DNA of 63,983 nt, counting the filler, from Dimargaris cristalligena (Eukaryota): NCBI GenBank assembly GCA_003614675.1. It is 17 parts of 17 records of this genome, joined end to end, with 100 filler letters (N's around TTAATTAATTAA, not from the genome) between each part and the next. Parts side by side here need not be neighbours in the genome. Positions count along the whole stretch, not along the records: positions 34,547 to 38,232 come from ML003888.1; positions 38,333 to 42,017 come from ML003889.1; positions 42,118 to 45,802 come from ML003890.1; positions 45,903 to 49,575 come from ML003891.1; positions 49,676 to 53,337 come from ML003892.1; 12 more parts are not named here. The stretch is one strand, 5' to 3'. A program made the translations under genes and the position numbers. Within the stretch, counting starts at the first letter, position 1; every line of letters starts with the position of its first letter. The notes below the pieces were generated by a model. The model saw only the letters and a program-made list of their open reading frames with translations. It was not told the DNA's origin and did not search any database. Shown one piece after another: positions 37,688 to 50,639 of the stretch.

Positions 37688-38332
37688 AGATGGATTAGAT
37701 TGCCGAGCACACTAAAGTTCATTAATTAAAAATCTGTGACCCAGTTCATTTTCCCCACTTGAAGAGGACCAGCTACAAGTATATTGATATTTGCTATATG
37801 ATTAATGGATCTTGTTGTTCCAGCAAAAAGCATGACAGGGCTTAAGTATAACACTAGTTTATATATTCCCAATAAAACCTCTTAGTATAAACTGTATGGT
37901 GCACTGTTAATAACCTAATATAATATAATACTCAATGAAACCTACAAAGGCCTGCGGACCACAGTTTTAGATTTCAATAATACTTCATGTAGTCTCAATA
38001 ACTATTTGAACATCAATTATGTACCAGCTCAATCTATTTATTAGATTTTTGTGGCTAGTTATGGATGATCAAATGTGTGGGTGGTAAAATAACTGGATGG
38101 CAAAATAAATTCAATGATAACTGTAAATGAATGACTATAGTTATGTATAGGCTAATCTAACATAATAGGACTAAGGCATTAATACATAAATTTCCCACAG
38201 TTGACCTTACTGTGTCCTAATACCTTTCCATANNNNNNNNNNNNNNNNNNNNNNNNNNNNNNNNNNNNNNNNNNNNTTAATTAATTAANNNNNNNNNNNN
38301 NNNNNNNNNNNNNNNNNNNNNNNNNNNNNNNN

Positions 38333-38427
38333 TGAGTGACAAACCAGTTCACCTGGAGAAGCCACCCTGCCCTTTTGATATATTTTTGTTGTTCATTTTA
38401 GTGGCTTAACACCACCACACTGTGACA
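38333..38427. repeat. Dispersed repeat ending CACTGTGACA, abutting an LTR1 fragment
   Basis: Near-identical to 59765-59860. Homology stops exactly at TGTGACA, as expected for an element terminus. Confidence 0.75.
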
Positions 38428-38722
38428 CTGGTTATATATATGTGGGGGACTACTCCCAGGGAGGTCCTGAGGGGAAACTACATAACTAAGATAACAATAG
38501 GGAGGGCCAGGTGGTCCTCGTAGGAGTGGAGGCTTCCATGGGAACTTTAAGATACTAAGATTGCCTAGGAGTGAGTAGTGCAAACTCCGGGGGGGTCTGG
38601 CCTAGGGGAGGATATATATGATGTCTGGCCCATTAGGATTGGGGGTACAATATGGTGCTATATGGCCTGTTAGGATGGCAATCATTTAGCAAACAGATTA
38701 GGTCAGATTAGGAGGGGTGATA
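38428..38722 (-). mobile_element. LTR family 1, partial
   Basis: Reverse complement of 44823-45115. Ends GGAGGGGTGATA. Confidence 0.85.
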
Positions 38723-38884
38723 AGGATGAAAGCAATGCAAGTGGTAGATAGGATGGGAATGGGGTGGTTGTCAGTTTCTGAGTAATGATGAGTTAGAAGT
38801 TGAAAGAAAAGCATAGGTAATAGTAAAAGTACAGGCAGGCCAGCACAGCAACCATGGAACTTAGTGAGTGAAATGGTTTAATGA

Positions 38885-39201
38885 TATTGGCCCTTCTAAT
38901 CTGACTTAATCTAGATATAGTGATTATCCATCCCAACTAGGCCTTATAGTGCCCTATAAAGCTTCCCATGGTCACCCCCAGTACTATGGGATCACCCTAT
39001 TCAACATAACCATTCCCCTTCCAGACTCCTTGGTTTGCACTACTCACTCCAGTGCTGATCTAACAAATCTTCCAGTTACTACCCAAGTCTTCCAGATCCT
39101 CACAGCTGTCAGGTCAGCTTATTTTAGTATACCTTAGTCTTAGTAGTATTTTCCCTTGGGGACCTCCCTCTGGAGTTATCACCCACATATATATAACTGG
39201 G
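38885..39201 (+). mobile_element. LTR family 1, 5' part interrupted by LTR2
   Basis: Homology to family 1 stops after TATATAACTGGG. Confidence 0.8.
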
Positions 39202-39575
39202 TATGGTGAACTTACCACATCTTTACCTACATTTATTTTTTTATCTATTTTTCACACTTATCAAAAGCATGCCCCTGATGAGTGAATGAGCCCCTGCCCC
39301 TGCCCCTAACCAGATGATACCCCTGCATTCACACTGCCCCTGGCCTGACTGCACCCCTGTTCAAAGTAAAGTTAAAAATAGCTTTCTCCCTTTCCCTTTT
39401 TCCCTTCTATTATTTTACATTGAATTTATTGGTTACCTGAGTATTGCCTATCCTTTGTGATGACTAATATTATTGTCTAGGAACTCCCCTCCATTTCCCT
39501 CTGCTTAGTCATCTAATGTTCTGGGACCCTCTCTCCCTTTCCCTATTATTTATCTATCTTTTTATTCAGGCTTCC
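39202..39575 (+). mobile_element. LTR family 2, 5' part
   Basis: T(A/G)TGGTGAACTTACCACA start shared with 57029. The end CTGGGACC...GGCTTCC overlaps 57198-57258. Confidence 0.75.
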
Positions 39576-40159
39576 TATCAGCCCTTCTAATCTAACTTAA
39601 TCCAGATGCCTTAGTGTCTGCCCCTATTAGGCCTTATAGTGCTATATTAACCTTCCCATAGTCACCCCTGGTACTATGGGATCCTTCTATATCATATAAC
39701 CCTTCCCCTTCCAGACTCCATCTCTTCACACTAATCACTCAATTAGTAATCTAAAGACTCTTCCAGTTACCATTAGAGTCTTCCAAATCCTCATAGCCAT
39801 CCAGTCAGCTTATTCCTCATATCATTAATCTTAAGAGTACCTTCCCCCAGGGACCTCCCTCTGGAGTTGTCACCTGTGTATATATAACCAAGCCCCACTG
39901 GGACTGGTTCAATTCCCCAGCTTATTCCTACCCCCTAGTTTACCCTAATAAACTTTATATACACTCACCCCCTTATACTGACCAGTAAGTGTGCCTGCTA
40001 TATGTCCCTTGCATAACCAATTGCCTAAGCCTTTATTGATTAGTACTGTGCCCTGTACCTAATGCTAGTAGCCCACTTGGCCAAGTCTAAGCCCTGCCTA
40101 CTATTAGAAGCCTATCCTTGGAACTCTTGATAGACTAAGAGTAGTTCACTTGGGTAACA
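39576..40159 (+). mobile_element. LTR family 1, full length
   Basis: TATCAGCCC...TTGGGTAACA, with TATATAAC and AATAAA inside. Confidence 0.9.
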
Positions 40160-40450
40160 CCTAAATGCTGTCTTGTGCATTGAGGCAAAAAGCCAACCAG
40201 TGGGGATGCTGATGAGAGATCTGGATAAACCTCTAGTTTCAAAAAGACCTGCAATAGTAAATCAATATTGAAGATATCTACTAAGGGTGACACCCTCTGT
40301 GGGTCCTTTCTGGGAAAGGCCACCTTCTACAATATTAAGGAAATCCACTCCTACAGTGATAAGGGTGACATAAAAATGCTAACATTGGTACTAGTAAGTA
40401 CTGGGTTGATACTCATGAGTCCACTATTTTAAGTTTATTTTAAAAATAAT

Positions 40451-40953
40451 TATCACTAAGGTTAACTACTCTTAGTTCATCAAGAGTCCCAAGGATAGGC
40501 TCAGCTAAGTGGGCTACTAGTGCCAAGTACAGGTACAGTACTAACTAATATAGGTTAAGTACAGGTATAGGTAAAATAGGCTAACTGGATGGTAGCTAGT
40601 ATCTGGAAGACTCTAATGGTAATTCGAGGAATCTTTAGATTAACACTTAAGTGATTAGTACAAGAGGCAAAGTTCAGAAGGGGAAGGGTTATATAATATA
40701 GGATGATCCCATAGTACTGGGGGTGACCATGGGAAGGTTAATATGGGAGTAGTTCAACCAGGCTGTAAAACAAAAAATCCATTTGATAAGGCAAATACTC
40801 CTGGTTGAAATTAAATATCCTACCAATTTTCCCATACACATATCAGTTGAAACCTTATACAACTGAGCTGAATTTCATCCATATGGTACTATAAGGCCTA
40901 ATAGGGATGGATACTTAAGGCGTCCAGATTAAGGAGGATTAGGTAGTCTAATA
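40451..40953 (-). mobile_element. LTR family 1, internally deleted copy carrying a MITE
   Basis: Both termini are recognisable. The MITE sits at 40745-40880. Confidence 0.8.
40745..40880 (+). mobile_element. 136-bp MITE inserted in LTR1 with ATAT TSD
   Basis: The empty site in other LTR1 copies is GGTTAATATGGTRCTATAAGG. Here it reads GGTTA-ATAT-[GGGAG...CATCC]-ATAT-GGTACTATAAGG. Confidence 0.92.
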
Positions 40954-42353
40954 ATGTTTTAAAGAAGAGAGAAAGAACCGCAAGGGATTAAGTTAGATGC
41001 CTGCGGTTGGTTTTATTATGTTGGAAATAGTAATGATGATAAAAACGTTGTCCCAAGTATAGGTTGGTATAATTGTAGATAGAGTATAGTCCTGGGTATT
41101 AGGTCGGACCAATCAGAGTAAAGTATTCGGAGGGGCGGGAGAAATGAATTTCTAACGGTATTTTATTGAAGCCCAGAAATCCACTACCGTGCTTTATAGG
41201 ACCAATCGATGTCCATATTATTTGGTCACTCCATGTTTTACCAAGGAACCTAAAGTTCTATAAACTTAGTTGAATATTAATTGTATTTGCCATGTAATGT
41301 TTGGGATACACGAAGGGCGTGGAATAGACGCCGGTGAAGACTGCAGTAAAAATTAGGAAAATGGTATTTGGTAGGGTGATATTGCGAGCCCACAACCATA
41401 CAATGGACTTGCATGCATAATCTGATATTCCAACTATTTATATTACCAAAATTTGGCTATTTTTAAGGTAAAGGAAAAGTGGGGGGACCTCGTAATATCA
41501 GTACATTCCCCTTGTCCTCGTAGAAAACCCACATCTTGTCCCAAGGACCGCCCCATGGGTACTCTTTGCCTATTTTGCTTTTAGATTCACTCCCCCTCCC
41601 GCTTCACCTCATTCCCTGAGGGAATCTCCCTTTGGCGTTTCGTACTAGCTCCTCGCCTATTCTATACCAATATCCGTCCAACATTCAATAGCTTTACCGG
41701 TCCGTACCACATTTTCTCCTATAAATGCTAACCGATTGAGTCCTATTGTTAACCAAGCTGGGCTTCGGCGCCGGTGCCTTTAGCGGTCGATATAACGACA
41801 TTAACCATTCCCAAGTGACGGCAACCGTTCAGCACAGTTTGGAGTTAGGTAATGTCCTCTATATGCACGTCTTCTTTGCAGATTTTCCCCATTCCCCGGA
41901 GCAACTGGCCAACTTGTGGCAATGGGTCTCAAACCCTTATATGCCGTTCCATGGCAACATCCCTCTCTAACACATACATTTATATTAAAATATTGCTATT
42001 TATTATCCGTGATAACGNNNNNNNNNNNNNNNNNNNNNNNNNNNNNNNNNNNNNNNNNNNNTTAATTAATTAANNNNNNNNNNNNNNNNNNNNNNNNNNN
42101 NNNNNNNNNNNNNNNNNGGATGTCCTTATGGATAACACTCCCTTTGAAACCCTAGTTGGCCATCATATACCATACCAATTCGATACTAAAATTAATTGAA
42201 CGCCTTATAAAAAGCCACAAGAGTCTCCTATCCATATCCCACATCAAGCTGGAAAACGCCCTCACACCCTATTACTTTCTCTAGTACCATTTATTTTCTA
42301 TTTACACATCTACTCACCATAGTACCTACCCCCCTGCCATTTCTCTCCTTCAA

Positions 42354-42578
42354 ATGGCTAAGCAAACTAAAATTTTCACCACCCTATGGGCTGCCTGCAT
42401 CAAAATATGGAGGCAGCTCCCCGCGACAACACAGGTAAATAATGCAAATAGCCACCCCCAATAGGGTGGTTATGGGGACCCTTCCCACTATTTATGGAGG
42501 GATTACCCCACGGCTGACCCCAATGCTCCCCTCACCAACCAAGACAGGGGTCGACCTCAAAAACCAGCCACTGGTTAA
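42354..42578 (+). pseudogene. Paralog of the 14404-14622 microprotein with one in-frame TAG
   Basis: MAKQTKIFTTLWAACIKIWRQLPATTQVNNANSHPQ*GGYGDPSHYLWRDYPTADPNAPLTNQDRGRPQKPATG*. TATAAAA at about 42206. Confidence 0.6.
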
Positions 42579-43162
42579 TTCCAACATGGGAGGTGCCTGC
42601 CAATGCACAGGTTAAATGGTGTGTATATTAAAAAAACCATATGTTTGTATTTATATGTTTTTTTTTTAGTGGCAGGCATTCTTCTTTTTATATCTGGAAC
42701 TTCGGTTATTGACTAATAAAATAAATATATAACTAAACAGCAATATTTTACGTTCAGTGGAATGTATAGGTTTGGAATATATCTCTTAGTTTGAACTCCT
42801 CCATAATGTTTATAATGACACCGTCGCTGTACTAATAATGCAAGAAATGCAGATAAAGTCCTTTGATAGTTGTGAAGAAAAATACCGAGTTGGCTTGTTG
42901 ATAGGGTTATGCTAAAACGTTAAAAAAGAGGTTAAGTTTTGAATTGTAATCGACGTAGTAATATCTGTACTGCATTGGTAGTTTTACTCTTTGTTAAACC
43001 CTTTGGATGGGTTTTAAAGGGGCGCAATGACTCCGACTTTCAAACTAGACTATAGGATGCTAAGCAAATATGGCTTATAGAATGCCCAAAAAACTTCATT
43101 CTAGCTCCAATAAAACCATATTTGTCAGTCTCTCATTTGGTCTTAGTACAGCATGTCCATGT

Positions 43163-43298
43163 GGGAGAAGTTCATCCAAGCTGTATTACGAAAAATCCAT
43201 TTGATAAAGCCATTATTACTGGTTAAAAATTATTTTCCCATGTATTCTCCCATACACATATAATGCTAACCCTTATATAACTGGGCTGAATTTCACCC
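43163..43298 (+). mobile_element. 136-bp MITE with perfect 4-bp TSD ATGT
   Basis: ATGT-GGGAGAAGTTCA...TGAATTTCACCC-ATGT. Confidence 0.92.
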
Positions 43299-44822
43299 AT
43301 GTGTACAAATCGATGGGTGGTACCTTAATAGTTTCTATATTCCTAGATGATAATTGCCTGGGGTTATTTTAAAAAATGTGTGACTCTGGCTGAAATCTAA
43401 TAGCTCGCATGAATTTCGGTATTCATATGGATACAAAATCTTTTCAATGTCTCCCGCCTCTAGTGGATATCCGATCTGATGTAAATACATCGTCTATTAC
43501 CTTTTTAACTTACAACTGCTATTTCCGGCTCGTGCTACCTGATTGTGTCAATGCCGGATTTATCAGCGGTAGTTCATTACACTACAATGTTTTTGAACAA
43601 ATTTACATGCGATATTCCTTCTGGCTTTTTAAATTGGGACTCCCATATCAACAAATATTGTACCAGCACTCTTATTCACTAAACGAGTAGTGTCCTTATC
43701 CATTGCCACTGGCTTGGACCTCCTCCCTACGTCTTCAGTGCTGCTTTGTCAAACTAGTGTTTTAACCACACCATCACTTTCTTTACTAAGTGACCGTGGA
43801 CTCCAGCTATCCATATTTTGTTGCTTTAATGACTGATTATGACCTTGACCTATGTCATTGACCTATTATGCCGATTTTTTATTGCCAAGCAATCCTATCC
43901 TATAAAACAAATCCCAGAGCTTAAAAGCGGTCCACAAGTGAATATTATATCTGAAGTGTATCCTACTTAGGGAGAGAACTTCAGGACAGCCTCTAAACTA
44001 TAGCATCTATAGGTTTGACCAGTTAAAGAAATGTACTCTATCCAGAATACAGTGGTTTCCATTTTTTAAATCCTGGAAGCTAGTAGAAAAGTATTCCAAC
44101 TTCGCATTTTCCCCTCAAATGAAGAGGGGTAACTTGGATGAGCAGGTTAAATTTCTAATCGAAAAACTATAGCTTCTAACTGCCTTGCCAAACCTCCCCC
44201 CACCTTACCTGCTTAGAGAGCAAATTATCACAGGCGTGTCTGATCATCTGTTGCCCACATCGAAGCCATTTGCCAGAGACTAGTCGTATTTCATCTTATA
44301 AATATCACTTGGTAGGGATTACGCTCTCCCTAGCGGGCCTCTTCTATTTCTTATCTATACCAGTGATATATGTTTCTCTCTAATTACGCAGTCTTAGAGA
44401 GGACTTGCGGTTAATTGGAAAATGTGATTGTTTGGAATACCAGTTGGTCACTTCTTGGTTAGCCTCGCTTTCATGTTGGCCGAAACAATCATATATATAT
44501 TTTGTTGATGGTGTTGTATACAACCAGACCTGGAAGCATCCTGTATGATTTGGATGTCTTAAGAGCCCACTCTTAAATGAGCAGCACAACACCGGACCAT
44601 GGCACCTAAAAAGGACGATATTTGGAATGCAATTCTAATATGATACAAGCATTAGTCCCAAAAGCCAGTTCATTATAACCTGTTTGATGCTAGGCAAGGA
44701 AAAAATGGAACTACCTTCCAAATTGAATATAAACTGGTATTGTGAGTCTTCTTGATGATAGTTCAAGAGCCGCTGTGGTCACCCAATGGATGACTAGTTG
44801 TCTTATATTTCTTATAAATATG

Positions 44823-45386
44823 TGTCGCCCCTCCTAATCCGACCTAATCATCTGCTAAATGATTGCCATCCTAATGGGCCATATAGCACCATATTGTACC
44901 CCCAGTCCTAATGGGCTGGACATCATATATATCCTCTCCTAGGCCAGACCCTCCCAGAGTTTGCACTACTCACTCTGAGGCAATCTTAGTATCTTCCAGT
45001 TCCCATGGAAGCCTCCGCTCCTATGAGGACCACCCAGCCCTCCCTATTATTAGCTTAGTTATGTAGTTTCCCCTTGGGACCTCCCTTGGAGTAGTCCCCT
45101 GTGTATATATAACCGGCCCCCCCATGGGGACCAGTTAGTACCTTAGCTTATTCTTACCCCCCCCTTAGTTTACCCCAATAAACTCTATATATGCTCACCC
45201 CCCTTGTACCAACTAGTAAGTGTGCATCAGTGCACATCCCCCACATATGCATTGACACTCGCTTTATTAGGTTAGTACAGCCCCACCTAATGCTAAGAGC
45301 CACTTGGCTGTGCCCACGCCCCACCTACCATTAAAAGCCTATCCCCGAGACTCTTGATGGACTAAGAGTGGTTAATTCAGGTGACA
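44823..45386 (+). mobile_element. LTR family 1 solo LTR (564 bp) with perfect 5-bp TSD ATATG
   Basis: ATATG-TGTCGCCCC...CAGGTGACA-ATATG. TGTC/GACA inverted ends, TATATATAA at about 45104 and AATAAA at about 45177. Confidence 0.95.
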
Positions 45387-45626
45387 ATATGTTATTCATA
45401 AAAAAATTATGCATCCATTGTGTCCTTACAAATCAATTGCCTATTCAAAGGGTCAGGGGCATCTAGGACAGCAAATTGTATTGATGTTAATGTTTAGCAT
45501 TGTATCATATGTATTAAGTAAAGACCACTATTCCAAATGCTCAACCACGCAAGTTGTAGCCCACTTCAACCAATCTCTATAGCTCTATATTATAGTCTGT
45601 TGAAATATTAGCAAAGCTAATGCTAT

Positions 45627-45802
45627 TATCAGCCCACCTAATCCTTCCTAAATACGGAACACTGATTGTCCCATCATATCACCTTATAGTACCATATTAC
45701 CCCTCCCTCAACTATATAACCCACTATAACTGGGTCCCAATGCTTCTCACACCATACTCCACTGGCTGATCCAATGACCCTCCTCTCTCAGTGAGAGTCT
45801 AG
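45627..45802 (+). mobile_element. LTR family 1, partial
   Basis: Aligns to 34107-34280. Confidence 0.75.
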
Positions 45803-47146
45803 NNNNNNNNNNNNNNNNNNNNNNNNNNNNNNNNNNNNNNNNNNNNTTAATTAATTAANNNNNNNNNNNNNNNNNNNNNNNNNNNNNNNNNNNNNNNNNN
45901 NNTTACATGGGACGCTGGGCCAGCATTGGGAACCCCCAGTGATATAGTATCAACAATGGCTATACAAATCGCAAAAAGGGGGATGGATGGGGAACAATGA
46001 TGGGGAATGTAGGTGATGTTGCCCGGATTAGCGGCACACTGAGTGTCAATTTCCAATTACTTGATAGAAATGGCGGGTGACGGTGGGTGGTATTAAGTTT
46101 GAAAGGTGATGAATCTGCTGGAAGAGGAAATGAAGCAAGGCAGTGGCCGGCCAAAAAAATTATCAACGACTGATAGAACTCTAAAAAGAATCCCCAGGAA
46201 ACAGTTAATAGTGGCATCCGCGTCCAGGGGGGAAAGGGCCGGGGAATTGTGACCAGTAAGGCCATGTTATGGGGCATAATAACCCATTTGACGCAGTATG
46301 GGCCAGGTACAGAGGTGAGGGGGGCCCATCAGAGCTGCACTATAGGGTCGGTTACTTTCTAGACCTAAATGTGTTTTTAATCTGTATAGAGGGGATAAGG
46401 TATTATAAAATACAATAGATATATCATCATTAGTTAGAATCCATTACGCATTTGAAAGAGGCCCCTGTATTATAACTTTTAACATGCTAGGAATGAAAAA
46501 TTGGCCGTCGTGGCAAATGGGACAAGGGTCAGTATAACTCCTTGGAAACAAGCAGCCACTGCCCCAATTATCCTTTCACCCCCACCCTTTCACTAACTGT
46601 AGTATCAGTATGAAATATTCCAACGGTCAAATGGCAGTGTAATAATTGCCAATGGAGCAGTATATAAAGGATGAATGACCACGCTAGTAATGCAGTTATA
46701 AATAATAAATATATATAATATGATGAACTTACCTTTTGTAAAACCCAATATATGGGTTTTATAATGGGCGTCTTGGGATCGGCTGTTGGGTAATCCCTAC
46801 TGGGCCGATCCTTGCCCTTATAATAGAAAATTCTTGATGGAATCATTTTCAGTTAGTGTGTGGATTAAAATGTGTATTCAAAAACTTGGGACAAGAGGAA
46901 CTGGCGTATTCATACATTTCTGGGGGTACAATTACTGGCCTGGTAAAAACAGGAGTATTAGACAGGGAATAGGGTTTTCCCTTACAAGAAAAGAAAAAAA
47001 GAATTAATGAGACTATTGGTGAAGCTGATTTTTAACATTGTCTGGTATAGAAGGATTGTATAGGTGGTTCCCTCTTTCATTGTGTCCTCCATTCAAATTC
47101 AATTCAATGCAATCACAAATACCGCTGACATTGTGATTTTACGTAT

Positions 47147-47282
47147 GGGAGAAGTTCATTCAGGCTGTATAATGAAAAATCCATTGGATGCGGCCAATAT
47201 TACTGGTTAAAATCTATTCTCACATATATTCACCCATACACGTATTATTTATAACATTATACAGCTGGTTTGAATTTCACCC
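47147..47282 (+). mobile_element. 136-bp MITE family copy
   Basis: GGGAGAAGTTCA...TGAATTTCACCC. The flanks (GTAT and AGAT) are not identical. Confidence 0.85.
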
Positions 47283-49244
47283 AGATTCTGATGGTAGGCC
47301 CTAATCCTTTCCCTGAAGGTGGTGACTCTTTTACCAACAATGGTACTTACCACCCATTTGGAGAAGCATTCATTCTATGGATAATAATGATTTTCCCTGC
47401 TGTAGTCAAGAACAATTCGGCTATTCCTATTGATTTTCCCTACTAGCTAGAAACAAGGACCATCAGCATTATCCTATTTGTACATTGTTAATATAGCCTT
47501 CTATTCCCGGTTACTGACCCTTTCTTCCACGTATTCTGCAGTCAAATCGTCTAGCTATATATGACACCCTTGTTTCCCACCCCCTGTGTCTTGTTAATGT
47601 CTAAGTGTAATGTCAGTGCCACTATTCCTTCAAGCATGGCCCAGCCAAGCCAATTAGTGTTTGATTAGGCGTCACCATATGGTATAAAAATGTATCATAA
47701 AACCGAATGACTTTTTTTGTCATGGAAACTTGAATATTCCTTAATGTAGATGTATGGGAATATTTTTTAGGTCCCTTTTGTGAATACAGACGTTGAAACT
47801 AGGGGGTACCATTTCATATCAATGAGGAATGCCACCGTGGATGTTTAAATTCCTATTAAAAGAAACTTCAAATATACCAAATATTAAAATTGCCATAATC
47901 TTACATGGGTCATCAATAATAAGGCTTTGAACAATATAGGGGGGTGTCATTAGGCTATAGTAGCAATAGGCAGCCTAATAAGTACCAATATAATGATGCA
48001 GCCCCAATTGTATCTAATCATTTACATTTGAATAGATGACTAGACTATTGGCGCCAATAACCTGGATGTGCCGTTGTAAATAGTTGAAATTTTTGACATA
48101 GTGACTCTTACGATTTATACTTCTAGCTATAATAAGAGCACACACATAGTAGTGTAAAGTCCAGATGTGATTTTAATGACTTACACAATTCTATATTATC
48201 TGGGCATTATAATATATTGCCTAGGTATGACAATACATAATAATATGGCGAAGATAATTTTACATCTGCAGTTGCCACAGGGTCCGGCCCTGGTCACTGA
48301 GGCAGTCTGGTTTCCTTGGAACCCATTGATATAACCAGATCCATAGTTCCAGCCGCAGAATCTGCTATTGAGAGTATGTTCCAGTTACCTACACCTCGAC
48401 CAGGGACTCTCAGTTAATCAGCATCTTGCCGCGGGCGTCACCAGCCCTGCAATCTAGAGCACTATTTCTGAAGGTTCGGTGAATATATTATTGACCCTCT
48501 TTAGGCTTATTGGATGCCTGTTATAGTCCATATAAATATATATCGGTTACACACCTTGATCCTTCAATTTACTAGTACCCACATCACTTTTAGTAGTTCC
48601 ATACTATATGTTCATCCCTTAATAAAATCTGCTCCTTCCTCACGCTGTTTTAACATGTCAATTAAGATCAGGATCATAGATGTAGGTATATGTATTTCCC
48701 TGTGCAATAAAATAAGTGGGGCAGCATTCCTATCATTGAGTTTTCTAGCTATATTTACTTAGTCAATTCAAAACTCCACATACCTATGTGTCAATATCAT
48801 TATAGTACTTGTATCTATGTATTATAATAAGAATATTAGCATTCCCAGGGCTATAGAGACAACACTATATTCAAAGGTAAATGCCAGTGTTAATTTCTAG
48901 GATGGGGATTAAATATTGAATATTCAATAATAGGGCCAATAGGTAAATATAGGGGTATATCATAGTTGTGAGTCCACCACCACTGACAATACTGTAAATA
49001 AAATATAGAAAGTGTAAATGTTTCAAGGAAACTAGGAGTGAGGCCACCCACCCGACAATCTATTAAAAAAACAACCTGTATCTGTTGTCAAAGGCATGTA
49101 TCTAGTTATTGCAATCATGTGTAGTCCTTTGGACTTTTAATTTTACACTAAGTTAAGTCCTTATTCACTCTTGTACTTAATAAGTTATTCCATAAATAAA
49201 CAAACAGCAGGCATTAGACAATTATCCAACTTCTCTTACATCAC

Positions 49245-49461
49245 TATCACCTGGGTTAACCACTCTTAGTCTATCAAGAGTCCTGAGGATAGGCTTCTAA
49301 TAGTAGGTGGGGCTTAGACTTGGCCAAGCAGGCTACTAGTGTTAGGATGGGAGCATAGTACTAACCAATAAAGGATAAGTACAGGTAAATGCAAGGGACA
49401 TGCAGCAGGCACACTTACTAGTTAGTATGAGGGGGTGAGTGTATATAGAGTTTATTAAGGT
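49245..49461 (-). mobile_element. LTR family 1 fragment interrupted by LTR2
   Basis: TATCACCTGGGTTAACC...TTTATTAAGGT, then a switch to LTR2 sequence. Confidence 0.85.
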
Positions 49462-49575
49462 TGTAAAGAACTGAACTCAAATCCTTGAAAACTGAACTTT
49501 ATTTAAAAAGATAGGTGATAAAAAGGGAAAGGTGATGATAGACTTGCTGTTCCAAGAGGTGGCAGCAAGGGGGAG
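49462..49575 (-). mobile_element. LTR family 2, 3' end
   Basis: TGTAAAGAACTGAA... is the reverse complement of 57275-57389. Confidence 0.8.
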
Positions 49576-50639
49576 NNNNNNNNNNNNNNNNNNNNNNNNN
49601 NNNNNNNNNNNNNNNNNNNTTAATTAATTAANNNNNNNNNNNNNNNNNNNNNNNNNNNNNNNNNNNNNNNNNNNNAATACTCCCCCCCCCCCCCCCAATC
49701 GAGCCGTCAAATGGAGAAAAATTTCGGTTCTTTGAATGTTACGGTCCCCCAAACACAACCCCTGTACTTCGCTAATGGGAATCCCTCCCCCCTCCCCTCT
49801 CCTCATATGAACCAATTGCTAACATGTGCTTTAGAGCTTACATAGGTGGATAAACGGTTTAGCGGGACGTGCAGGCGATAGGGAAGGGGGGGAGGTAGAT
49901 ATTGTAGGCTGGCTAGGATTGGTTAAGCCATTCGATTCGAGCTACTATCGAGCCCTGTGCCGCGATGGGTCCCCGACTTCGATGCGCGGGCCCTTGCCTC
50001 CAGGGGCGCCTTGGGGTACATTGGAATCTAAACCAACGTCTATTGAAATATGGCTCCCTTTCTTTAACCTCTCACACATGGTGTGACTCCGATTTGTTGA
50101 CCTATTGCTCTTTGAGATCCACAATGACCAGCCTCTTCAAGCCATTGGCTGGATTGGGCTGGATAACGGTGTCCCTCATCCATTTCGCCTATAATGAGGC
50201 TGCGCCTTCTTTGGTCGCCCAACTCTTAAACTATATCCGCTCGCCTCTATGTATTTCCCTACCAATATGCTAACATCCCACCCATGTATGCATACGTTTT
50301 CCCAATTTAATTGCCCAGCGATTGTGACTGCTATTTTCTGCGTATTGCCACTGCGCAGGACTTCTCACCGATTCGATTATAAATAGAGGCTCCCGCTCTA
50401 CCTCTTGGCTATTCAAATCACCAGTCTCTCACCACTACTTCTCTGTCTTTTGATCTCTCACACTGCGATCTCCGTGTGGCTTTCTCCTCCTACCTTCCTT
50501 GACCTAGCTTGTACTGACCTTCCTTTTCTTACGACCTCCCCCAGCTATTGTTTTTTGAGCTACACTTTAGCGATACCCGTCTAACGTTTATTTTCTCTAC
50601 CTTCTACCATCCCCCCTCCTCTCGATTCATTCGTTTACC

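Noticed and set aside
40743-40882. Tc1/mariner (TA TSD) assignment for the MITE
   Set aside because: It fits the ATAT copy only. The copies flanked by ATGT and AGAT are not TA-flanked and fit a 4-bp TSD.
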